A DNA stretch of 64,000 nucleotides from Selaginella moellendorffii (lineage: Eukaryota; Plantae; Lycopodiophyta): positions 585,370-649,369 of the forward strand of contig NW_003314285.1 in the NCBI RefSeq assembly GCF_000143415.4. The letters run 5' to 3'. The notes below the pieces were generated by a model. That model made no database searches, was not told where the DNA came from, and saw only the letters and a program-made list of their open reading frames with translations. Shown piece by piece: positions 49,301 to 60,957 of this stretch. Position numbers and translations under genes: made by a program. The stretch's first letter is position 1, and every line of letters begins with the position of its first letter.

Positions 49301-52300
49301 TGAAGATACCCATGTTGGGCCGAGCTCACAACCTGCACAAGGTAAAGTCACGTGAGGCCTCACGCCATTTTGATTATAGATCGTTGTGAATATTCAGACA
49401 CGAGGACTGAAAAGCGCACTGGTGGCGCATCGAAGAAGGACAAACAGACAAGCAATAGGAAAAAAGGAGGTACAAATTATATTTGCAATGGCGTGTGGTC
49501 TCATGCCATTCCTTGCAGGAGACACTTCTTCAAAGGCAAAACAGGCAAGCACCAGCCAAGCTCAAACTAACAGTGGTCATAAAAAGCAAAAGCACGTTGG
49601 ACAGTCGTCGAGATCAGAGGCGTTTGATTCGAAAAGGAAGAAGGGCAACGAAAAGATGATAGGTAATGCCTCGCAGTTATGGCGTGTGTGCTCATGCCAT
49701 TCATTGCAGATCAAGGGCTGAGTGAAAGCAGGCAGTCACCACCTCCTGACTCAGATTCCTATGGCGGACTCCCCTTCCCCAATCTCAATGGAGAGGTACA
49801 ATGGATGAGGGAAGCTTTTCAAGTCAGGGCCACGTTTTTCTCATCTCGTCGTCTTCGAAGGGTGCAAGAACGTGCAGAAACCATGTTAAGACAGTCGGGT
49901 GAGGATACGGTCCTAGGTCACGCACTAAAACAGGCTATGGATGTCTTGTATTTTGAGATGGAGACTCGGCCAGATGATTTTCCCAAGATGGTCCTGGAAG
50001 AACAAGCCATCCAGCCTGAGCAGCCTATGGAAGAAATGCAGGAGGGGGATGAGGAGCCAGAGAAAGATAATGAGCAGGAAGAGCAGAAGGACGAAGAGGA
50101 GGACAAAGAAGAGGAGGACGAAGAAGAGGAGGACGAAGAGGACTTGGATGGTCCTCACAATGGTGACGATAACGACGACGACGATGATGACGACGATGGC
50201 CAGCCTGAGGTGGCCAAAGAGCAGCGGAGGAAGGTCATACAAGACAAACCATCAGGTAAATAATAGTACATCCATTCCTAACCTTTTACCATTTCTAACA
50301 TTGTCCATGTAGGTCGCAGAGCAAATGGTAAGTAGAGATTATTCAGTTGAATTTACAAACTCTAGCCTTTAGTGTCGAGGAAGGATAGTGCCAAGCAAGG
50401 GTCGAAACGTATGTCCAATCCTTCAGAATCAGCAGTGCGCCCAAGTGATATCGGTCCTAGTTCCTCAATAGCAATTGATGGTAAATACAGTATAGTCGAT
50501 TCAATGTGCTAATGAGTTTGTTTTTAGTAGCACGGGAGGATACCATCTCAATCGAAGGGAGATATTTGGACATGCATATGGATCCGCCAGTGGACTCTAC
50601 TTGCCTGCAAGAGTCATTAGAGCTGGTGGAGGCTACTATCCATATCAACACCAAGCAAGCTGACCACGCTCCACTTGATGCTGCCCATACCACTGAGTCA
50701 ATCTTGTCCACGTATCCAACTGACGGTGACCAGGCGCTATTGGACCCGCATGAGGTCTGGTCGTATCCTCATTTCCAACGGACTCAACGTGTGCCCAATC
50801 GTCTGACTACGCGCCGTTGGAACCTCCCTACACCGCCCCTGCTGCCTGTTCGGTCATGTCCACTTTGCCAACGGAGGCACCAGCTGAAATGGCGTGTGAT
50901 CACACGCCATCGGAACCACCCCATGCCACTGTTGAGCCAGTTGTACCAGAGTCTACAGCTGAAATGGCATGTGCCCACACGCCATCGGATGCGATTGACC
51001 CCACATTGCAAAGGAGAGTATTTCCGCCCTTCACGTTTCCTCGACCAAAACCCTCTCAACGACCATCGGGAGCACCATTCGCTAATATTGTAGATGGTAA
51101 AATTGACTTGTACCATTTTTTATGCTGACGCATTTCATTTCAGAGTCACGGCAAAGGTACTGTATCATTTTTGATCTGAACGGTGTCCTTTTCTCCCATG
51201 AGCGTGGCTCGTCCTCAAATGTCATTGCACCCTCCAAAGCCTGCGGTCGCAAGTTGGTCAAAAGAGACAGATTCACATTAATCACACGGGAGAAACTGCG
51301 GGATCTAATAATGACCATGCGACACTTAAAACAGAGGGCCGGGTTCAATTTGCAATTGGGAGTTTGGACATCCATGATGAGCCACAATGCATTAACGTTG
51401 CTACAGATGATGCACGATCTGACGCGAGTAATATTACCATTTGACTTTCTCCTAACGCAGGAGGATTGCTTGACTATGGTCCATGTGAGGGGTAGCAAGC
51501 CCATCTTCGTCAAGCCAGAGGCTGTAGTGATGAACCGGACTGCTAGCTCAAGTGAAATCCTCATCATCGATGACTCGCCGATTAAAACTGCAGCGAACAC
51601 GCACACATATGCAGTGCACCCCATCTCTTGCAGTATGGAAACTAGGGAGAAGAAACCGTATGTTCTGGGGGACCTTGCAAAACGGCTTGGAGCGATGGTG
51701 ACAGAGAACCGGCCAGTCCAGGAGGTGGCTGCAGAAATCAACCAAATGGCAGATGGAACGGTATATCAAAAGCCATTTGATCGGACAGACACCAGTCATC
51801 ATTTATGGCATGTATATTATCTAGCCAAGCACTATCCGCATCTCCATAATCTGCTCAACCGGATGGGTTCTTCGACCACTGAACATGAGCGTGGACGTAT
51901 TAGAGAAGAGATGGCATTACTATTGGGTTTAAATCCTGATAGTGTGGAGAGTGATGAAATTCCAAGATTATTGTATAGGCGTTGGAGGCAAAAAATAACA
52001 GTCTGAGATGGCATGTATTTATTTAAAAATGTAACTTATTATGGCATGGGGTTCCATGCCATTGTATTAATATTAAAAGACAATTCTTTGAGAGGATTTG
52101 CATTATACTAGAAGTGTTACAGCATGTTATTGGAAGTCTACGAAGTTGTTTTATTAATAAGGGGAAAGTAAAGATTGAATGGGGACTTGGGCTCCACCTA
52201 GACTTGGAGCAACTGAGCCAATATTAAAAGGATGGAAAGAAATTGGACGACGATGACAAGGAGAAGAGAGAGGTGAAGCAGTGGCAGGGGGAGGAGAAGT

Positions 52301-52452
52301 GATTGAGTAGACATTTCCTTGTTTAAAATAAAATGGCATGTGCCTCAATGCAGTTGAATTTTGTTATATTTATATACTATATAAAGGTTTGGAAACCTTA
52401 TTTTACAAGTGGGATAATGACAATTCCCACTTTAACGAAATAGAGCTTTTTA

Positions 52453-53942
52453 GTCATTTAACCACACTTCCAACCATTTGGAGGAGTCTCACTCACAACC
52501 TCCATAAGTCCTATTCCGGACTTGGGGACTTGCTAGCCCCAAGAATGGCCCCCGTGCCACTCAACCGTTGCACTTGGTCCAAGTGCTCCACGTGTTTGGT
52601 CCCATGACTGACACTCAAAGGTACCACTGACAATTCGGCCCGTTACGCTAAGGCCATACCTATTCACCTTTGCTGCACTAGTGGTCCAATACCACTTGCA
52701 TCATAGTCCCGTCTCTCCAAGACTGGGCTATCCATCCACGAATGGTTTTCCCAAATCCACTTCTTAGCATCCTTAGGATGCCCACAAACATGGGGAATAG
52801 CCTTCTCCAATATCCCTTTATCAATTCTTACCAAGTCACTTTCCAGTCCATGGCCATGTTCACCAACACTGGCACTAGATCAAGGCCCGCAGGCCCGGCC
52901 ACTAAGTCCCATTGTCCTTTAGGACTTCCTCACCATGTGATTGTATCCTTAGTCACTACACTAGAGGACTGTTCCTCCTCCTTTCCCCAGTTTAGGACTT
53001 TGGGACAACATTTTGGAATACTATGGCCCTACACGAGCCCCGTGGGTACTCTCCCCACCTTCCGCCTTTAGGTGCTCTAGCCATGGGCTTAGAGCAAGGT
53101 TCCGTTGAGCCATGCCAGGTATCTAAGTAGGTAGTGCCACCCACACTTGGACTGGGAACATCGGCCAGTTGATCTCCCAAGGGAACTAGAGCCGGCTCTT
53201 GAACACTTCACCAAGCTACCCCACTTGTCGGTTCGTATTCACTTTAGTCTTGGACTTCCCAGTGGTCAGATCATCACCCAACACTGGGTCTGGCCTTCCT
53301 GGGCCAAACTAGCCTTTCCTAACCAAACTGGCTCCACTGGAGTCCTCCCCCTTACTATACTTTTGGAGCTCACCAAACCCCCCAAGGTTTGGGAGACGAA
53401 CGCTTTGGGCTTTCACCCTCTCAAACTCGAACTTGGACTCGGATTCAGACTCGGACTCAGACTCAGACGCGGGCTCAGGCTCGGTCTCGGCCTTGGCCTC
53501 GGGCTGGTCTCGGTCCCGGTCTTGGTCTCGGTCTTGGTCTCGGTCTCGGTCTCGGTCCCGGTCTCGGTCTCGACCTCGGACTCCATCTCGGGTCCATCTC
53601 GAACTCCATCTTGGACTCCATCTCAAACTCCGTCTCGGACTCCATCTCGGACTCCGTCTCGAACTCCATCTCGGGTCCATCTCGGACTCCATGTTAGGTC
53701 CATCTCAGACACTTCCACGTGTCATGTATTAGTCCTTTTTGGGTCCCTTTTTAGAGCCTCGCTTATTGCTCGCTTCGTGCTCATTCATCGAGCACTTTGT
53801 TGGGAGTTCCACTCCCGCTCTCGACCTATCAAGTCAGAGCTTTTAGTCCAAACGTGTTACGCTTGTTTGGCTTTCACATTGGCCACTACCACGTGGTGCC
53901 CTTTTGGCTCCACTTTGGGGCCTAGGGATTTTGTGTCTCACA
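52453..53942 (-). repeat. Remainder of the family 2 5' LTR
   Basis: Continues 27674-27704; colinear with 13844-15407; ends GTCTCACA. Confidence 0.9.
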
Positions 53943-54800
53943 GAGAGTTGCTCTGTGGTCCGGTTCCATCACTCCTTAGCTCCATGCTTGGGAGTTTAGC
54001 ACCGTTCCTTCATTCAGTGGCCCAAGGCCCTGAACCTCAAGTTCCACACCACTGTCATATGGACATGTGGCATGTGACATGTGGCATATGACATGTGGCA
54101 CATGAAGGGTTTAGGTTCCGCTTTGTGGTGTTATCCTATGGTAACTCACCATAGGATAAAGGGTAAAAACCACGTATGCTATAGTTTGACACTAAAGGCT
54201 CACCATGCCTTTCCTACCCCCTAAGGAATATAGTCTCTCTAACTTAGAGACTCATTAAACCACTTATAGTGGTCCTTCTTTTTTTCTTTATTTAGTTCAT
54301 ACTAAACTTGTTAGAGACACCTTCTCTATTTCAATTTGACTACTCATTCAGGAGTAGTCTCAGCCTCTATCAGCATAACTATCACACTTTGGAACTTTTA
54401 CTTTTGACTTTCTCAAAATCAATTTCTTAAATGTTTCCAACATCTTACATTGCATGTATTGTGCAAATTCCATTTTCCCATCCTAGGAAGTTCTTTACTT
54501 AAGGGCACTATCATCCTCTCTCCTATTTCATACTCTAGGCATTAAATTCCATTTTTCCATAATTTATGCTTGGGCTATCCATAGCCTTATCATTTGGCTA
54601 CCTTGCCACTCCCTCCCTTTGAGCTTTCACATTTGCTAAATTAGAGCATTTAGGAATTCATCTTAGAAAACATATTCTTTTTCTCACGATCCGTTAGCAT
54701 CCAACATATAAATGTTCTTTGCTCAACTTTGTTGTTTGGATTTCCTCTAATGATTCCATGGCTCAAACTTGGCCACTAGTCTTTTGCTCATATCTGTTGA

Positions 54801-54892
54801 TGTAGCGCATATGGTTTTTACCTGATTTACCATAGGATAACCATGAAGTAGAACCTAAACCCTCTATGTGCCACATACCACATATTACATAT
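54801..54892 (-). repeat. End of an inverted family-3-like LTR, target of copy C
   Basis: TGTAGCGCATATGG...GAACCTAAACCCTC resembles the reverse complement of 4090-4192 and 54070-54183. Confidence 0.65.
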
Positions 54893-55334
54893 AAGCTCTA
54901 TTTCGTTAAAGTGGGAATTGTCATTATCCCACTTGTAAAATAAGGTTTCCAAACCTTTATATAGTATATAAATATAACAAAATTCAACTGCATTGAGGCA
55001 CATGCCATTTTATTTTAAACAAGGAAATGTCTACTCAATCACTTCTCCTCCCCCTGCCACTGCTTCACCTCTCTCTTCTCCTTGTCATCGTCGTCCAATT
55101 TCTTTCCATCCTTTTAATATTGGCTCAGTTGCTTCGAGTCTAGGTGGAGCCCAAGTCCCCATTCAATCTTTACTTTCCCATTATTAATAAAACAACTTCG
55201 TAGACTTCCAATAACATGCTGTAACACTTCTAGTATAATGCAAATCCTCTCAAAGAATTGTCTTTTAATATTAATACAATTGCATGGAACACCATGCCAT
55301 AATAAGTTACATTTTTAAATAAATACATGCCATC

Positions 55335-58300
55335 TCAGACTGTTATTTTTTGCCTCCAACGCCTATACAATAATCTTGGAATTTCATCACTCTCCACACT
55401 ATCAGGATTTAAACCCAATAGTAATGCCATCTCTTCTCTAATACGTCCACGCTCATGTTCAGTGGTCGAAGAACCCATCCGGTTGAGCAGATTATGGAGA
55501 TGCGGATAGTGCTTGGCTAGATAATATACATGCCATAAATGATGACTGGTGTCTGTCCGATCAAATGGCTTCTGATATACCGTTCCATCTGCCATTTGGT
55601 TGATTTCTGCAGCCACCTCCTGGACTGGCCGGTTCTCTATCACCATCGCTCCAAGCCGTTTTGCAAGGTCCCCCAGAACATACGGTTTCTTCTCCCTAGT
55701 TTCCATACTGCAAGAGATGGGGTGCACTGCATATGTGTGCGTGTTCGCTGCAGTTTTAATCGGCGAGTCATCGATGATGAGGATTTCACTTGAGCTAGCA
55801 GTCCGGTTCATCACTACAGCCTCTGGCTTGACGAAGATGGGCTTGCTACCCCTCACATGGACCATAGTCAAGCAATCCTCCTGCGTTAGGAGAAAGTCAA
55901 ATGGTAATATTACTCGCGTCTGATCGTGCATCATCTGTAGCAACGTTAATGCATTGTGGCGCATCATGGATGTCCAAACTCCCAATTGCAAATTGAACCC
56001 GGCCCTCTGTTTTAAGTGTCGCATGGTCATTATTAGATCCCGCAGTTTCTCCCGTGTGATTAATGTGAATCTGTCTCTTTTGACCAACTTGCGACCGCAG
56101 GCTTTGGAGGGTGCAATGACATTCGAGGACGAGCCACGCTCATGGGAGAAAAGGACACCGTTCAGATCAAAAACGATACAGTACCTTCGCCGTGACTCTG
56201 AAATGAAATGCGTCAGCATAAAAAATGGTACAAGTCAATTTTACCATCTACAATATTAGCGAATGTTGCTCCCGATGGTCATTGAGAGGGTTTTGGTCGA
56301 GGAAACGTGAAGGGCGGAAATACTCTCCTCTGCAATGTGGGGTCAATCGCATCCGATGGCGTGTGGGCACATGCCATTTCAGTTGTAGACTCTGGTACAA
56401 CTGGCTCAACAGTGGCATGGGGTGGTTCCGATGGCGTGTGATCACACGCCATTTCAGCTGGTGCCTCCGTTGGCAAAGTGGACATGACCGAACAGGCAGC
56501 AGGGGCGGTGTAGGGAGGTTCCAACAGCGCGTAGTCAGATGATTGGGCACACGTTGAGTCCATTGGAAATGAGGATACGACCGGCTCGGCGGCTGGGGCG
56601 GCCTCATGTGGGTCCAATGGCGCCTGGTCACCGTCAGTTGGATACGTGGACAAGATTGACTCAGTGGTATGGGCAGCATCAAGTGGAGCGTGGTCAGCTT
56701 GCTTGGCGTTGATATGGATAGTGGCCTCCACCAGCTCTGATGACTCTTGCAGCCAAGTAGAGTCCACTGGCGGATCCATATGCATGTCCAAATATCTCCC
56801 TTCGATTGAGATGGTATCCTCCCGTGCTACTAAAAACAAACTCATTAGCACATTGAATCGACTATACTGTATTTACCATCAACTGCTATTGAGGAACTAG
56901 GACCGATATCACTTGAGCGCACTGCTGATTCTGAAGGATTGGACATACGTTTCGACCCTTGCTTGGCACTATCCTTCCTCGACACTAAAGGCTAGAGTTT
57001 GTAAATTCAACTGAATAATCTCTACTTACCATTTGCTCTGCGACCTACATGGACAATGTTAGAAATGGTAAAAGGTTAGGAATGGATGTATTATAATTTA
57101 CCTGATGGTTTGTCTTGTATGACCTTCCTCCGCCGCTCTTTGGCCACCTCAGGCTGGCCATCGTCGTCATCATCGTCGTCGTCGTTATTGTGATCGTCAC
57201 CATTGTGAGGACCATCCAAGTCCTCTTCGTCCTCCTCTTCTTTGTCCTCCTCTTCTTTGTCCTCCTCTTCGTCCTTCTGCTCTTCTTGCTCATTATCTTT
57301 CTCTGGCTCCTCATCCCCCTCCTGCATTTCTTCCATAGGCTGCTCAGGCTGGATGGCTTGTTCTTCCAGGACCATCTTGGGAAAATCATCTGGCCGAGTC
57401 TCCATCTCAAAATACAAGACATCCATAGCTTGTTTTAGTGCGTGACCTAGGACCGTATCCTCACCCGACTGTCTTAACATGGTTTCTGCACGTTCTTGCA
57501 CCCTTCGAAGACGACGAGATGAGAAAAACGTGGCCCTGCCTTGAAAAGCTTCCCTCATCCATTGTACCTCTCCATTGAGATTGGGGAAGGGGAGTCCGCC
57601 ATAGGAATCTGAGTCATGAGGTGGTGACTGCCTGCTTTCACTCAGCCCTTGATCTGCAATGAATGGCATGAGCACACACGCCATAACCGCGAGGCATTAC
57701 CTATCATCTTTTCGTTGCCCTTCTTCCTTTTCGAATCAAACACCTCTGATCTCGACGACTGTCCAACGTGCTTTCGCTTTTTATGACCACTGTCAGTTTG
57801 AGCTTGGCTGGTGCTTGCCTGTTTTGCCTTTGAAGAAGTTTCTCCTGCAAGGAATGGCATGAGACCACACGCCATTGCAAATATAATTTGTACCTCCTTT
57901 TTTCCTATTGCTTTTCTGTTTGTCCTTCTTCGATGCGCCACCAGTGCGCTTTTCAGTCCTCGTGTCTAAATATTCACAACGATCTATAATCAAAATGGCG
58001 TGAGGCCTCACGTGACCTTACCTTGTGCAGGTTGTGAGCTCGGCCCAACATGGGTATCTTCAAAAGTAGCTGTTAACGCCGTTTCAGCATCTGGGGGTGG
58101 CCACGCTCCTGCATACAGAGCTTGTGAGATAACATTTAAACTTAAAGTGTGTACTCACCAGGTTCGCAGAGAAGATACTGTTTTTCTTTGGCAACTGTAA
58201 TTATATGCTCCATTGAAGTCATCTCTTCAATGGAGTTTGTCACCGCAACACAAGGGACACCCTTGAGTAGTGCGGCTCGAAAGAATAGTCCGCCGCAGTT

Positions 58301-60957
58301 GTACTCGACAACGCATTTGCCCTTGGAGTCGGAAGCAGATGACCCACCCGCTATTGCGTTGAAGACCCAGCTGAGCATTTCCCATGCTGCACCTGGAGCT
58401 TTCTTTGGATTCGAAAGCTCCATAGCCGTCTTCAGTTCCTCAGGCACGGGTAAATTGACCTCCCTCAGATCAATTCGATTGGCCTTGTCGAACGAAGCTG
58501 GGAAGTCACTCCAGTCCCACTCTGCTGCAGGACCAATAACAAGGGCGAGTGTGAAGATGCGGACATTCGTCGGTATCTTCTTCTTAGCCATTATCCCATG
58601 GATCTCCCGCATCTCCTTGCCTTTCAACCGAGCCTTCACCTCGTTCAAGGCCTTCCAGAACTTGTGATAGGATTCGGAGTCGTAGATCATATAGTGGACT
58701 GAAGATTCCACCTCCGCAAGTCCCACCATTAAGTCAATGATGGAGCTGACTTCGTCTGCATGAGTGATCTCCTCGTTTGTGAAGTCCATCACACAAAAGA
58801 TGTTCTTGACCTGCTCATCTCTGCGGGAAACGATGCTCCTCCACCTTTGATCCTCATCCGAATTCACGTATACCCGGTAAGGTTCTCGATAGGCCTCTGC
58901 TGCGGGGTCGAGCTGTTTCTGAAGCCGGCGGTCGACATCCCTCTTAATGAAATTTGGATACTGATCCAACTTCTCAGCTTTACTTTTCGTGGCATCCCGC
59001 AGCAGATCGATGAACTTGGGGGCCCCCTTCACGTACTCGTCGATGTCTTCATTTGACAACTCCAGCGCTTCCATCATCTCTTGCGTGGTGTCGATGCTCA
59101 CCCTCTCCACGGCCACTTGCTCGAAGATCCAATCCTTCAATAGCGCACGAGCTCTCAGAGTCGTGCACAAGTCCTCGTATGTCACAATATGGCCGGGAGT
59201 CATTTTGGTCTTGTTGAAGACAACCTCACCACGTAGAAGAGCATTAGCCACTGTCAGAAGGTCGTCGTCGTCTAGAGACCGCGAGAAACGCAAGGCATTG
59301 AGCTTCAAATCATTGGGCTTCCGGCCGTCCTCCACACCCATTGAGTTTAGCAACTCCCCGTCATGGTACCTCCTTAGCACATCTACCCATTTGTCAAAAA
59401 CAACTTTTGTCGCGAGTAGAATGTTATGGATGCTGAGTGTGTCATTGCCCCCCAGTGTTTTCGAGAGAAGACTCGAGAATTCCTGCAATGGAAATGGCGT
59501 GAGGCCACATGCTATGCCATATGCAACGAGGCTTACCTGCCAGGCGCTAGTTGCTAGTGCACGTCCTTGTCCTGGTTTTTGTGGCTTCTTCAGTTGAACC
59601 CAGAGCTTCCGTGTTCGTGCCAATGTCTCGTGCAGACCCGATTTGTAGCATGTTTCTTGCTTGACATTCTGCGCGTGGGAGATGTATATGATAGATCGGA
59701 GGGGCGAGTTGCCTTTTATCAGGCGGACAACTCTTGTCTTGAAGACTTTCTTCACCTCCTCGCCCACCATAATATCCACAACTATCTCTTGCATCGCCAA
59801 GCTAGAATGCTGCCCGGAGACGGCATAGAACCGGATGTTCTGATCGTCCAACACCTTCCTATTGATCAAGTCTGGAAACCTCATCTCGCCCTTCATTGTT
59901 CGGTAGTAGGGGATCACGTCTGCGATGTCGGGTGTTACTGGACTTGCCAGAACCTTCTGCTTCAGTTTCTCCACCCACTCATCAGATACTAGCCTGTGGT
60001 TGTATTTGCTTTGGATGTCGATACGGCTCACGTCGATTGTATATACATTGTTGGAATAGTAACAAGTACTATTATCTGCGACGATTTTTGCTGCCTCTTC
60101 TTGCTCTTTCTGCTCTTTGCGGCTCTTCTTTTTGGTGGGTGTAGTGTTCGAACCCGAGGCAATGGCATCACTGAGTAGCTTCTTTTTTGGAGCAGGAGAG
60201 TCGGACGTCGGCTTGAGCTTGACCACCCTTTTCTGCTTTGAGGTAGTTTCCAGATCGACCCCCTTCCCCTTTGCTTCGCGAACTGGAGTCACTCTCAACG
60301 GCTCAATGTTGGAATATAGTTTTTGAACATCGCCGTAGGTGAGGTCCGTGGATTCCATGTGATCTTCATAGACCCGCAGCGTCTTTGAAATTGTGGGCCT
60401 CCTGGACAACCTCTCCCTAGCTCCCTCTAGGAATTCCTCATAGCCGCTGCCCCCCTCCGGGAAGCCGCTAGGATGTGCAAGGTGGATCTTGAAGGCAGAC
60501 GCTGTCTCTACCACAAGTGCCAGTCCATATTCTTGCATGGAACTGCATGGAGTGTCTGTCACTTGGATGAGGATCCCCATGCATTCTTTTCTCCCACCAT
60601 CTATATTGTACAGCCTCAGATCCTCGCCTTCCATCCCGAAAGTCCAACTGGTGAGCTCCTCCCCCTTCTCTGCATCCACATTGACAGTGGCTGGAAGAAG
60701 AATGCAATTCCTCGCCTGTTTAGAAATGCACAACAATTAGAGCTGACAGATGAAAAGCTAGTAGCTGGAAATAACGTGAGGCCACACGCCATTCACCACT
60801 GCATCAGATGTCTTGAGGCTGCATCCTAAGATGGCGTGAGGCTACACGCCATCTGTAACCGGACTGCACTCGAGAGCCCAATCGGTGCATGCCAATGTTG
60901 CTACTGAATGGCATGTGGCCTCATGCCATTTTCTACTTGGCCTAAAAGACTTACCAT
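55335..60957 (-). pseudogene. Cargo gene of copy C; premature stop in exon 10, before the phosphatase exon
   Basis: Exons equal B +20231; CGA>TGA at 56279-56281; phosphatase motif DLNGVL intact. Confidence 0.85.

Larger units (their letters stand above)
34016..52006 (+). pseudogene. Multi-domain cargo gene of copy A, disrupted
   Basis: Same exon chain as B (ATG 34016-34018, intron 34019-34257). Broken by insertion of B, a TAG at 48550-48552, acceptor AG>AA at 49254 and a 16-bp deletion near 50755. Confidence 0.88.
27705..52448 (-). mobile_element. TIR DNA transposon copy A (Sola-like; ~12.35 kb without nested B)
   Basis: 24-bp TIR AAGCTCTATTTCGTTAAAGTGGGA at 27705-27728 and its reverse complement at 52425-52448; TSD TTTA at 27701-27704 and 52449-52452. 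Removal restores the LTR sequence CCATTCTAC-TTTA-GTCA. Strand given is that of the transposase. Confidence 0.95.
20760..53942 (-). mobile_element. 'Family 2' LTR element inserted in the family 3 3' LTR; probably non-autonomous or decayed
   Basis: Starts TGTAA at 20760; remaining 3' LTR ~22285-23636; PPT at 23637; PBS TGGTATCGGAGC at 27659-27670 (minus); 5' LTR split into 27674-27704 and 52453-53942; flanks GAAAG/GAGAG (TSD with one mismatch). No pol motifs recognised in the ~4 kb internal region. Confidence 0.75.
3052..54183 (+). mobile_element. Old LTR retrotransposon ('family 3'), outer host of the nest
   Basis: 5' LTR 3052-4192 (TG..CA); PBS at 4195; PPT AGGGGGGGAGAG 19898-19909; 3' LTR split into 19910-20759 and 53943-54183; TSD GTTTG at 3047-3051 and 54184-54188. 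Internal coding region decayed. Confidence 0.85.

Noticed and set aside
54055-54105. CATGTGGCAT repeats in family 3 LTRs as copies of the transposon palindrome
   Set aside because: They are ~13-bp direct tandem repeats without the 22-bp dyad.
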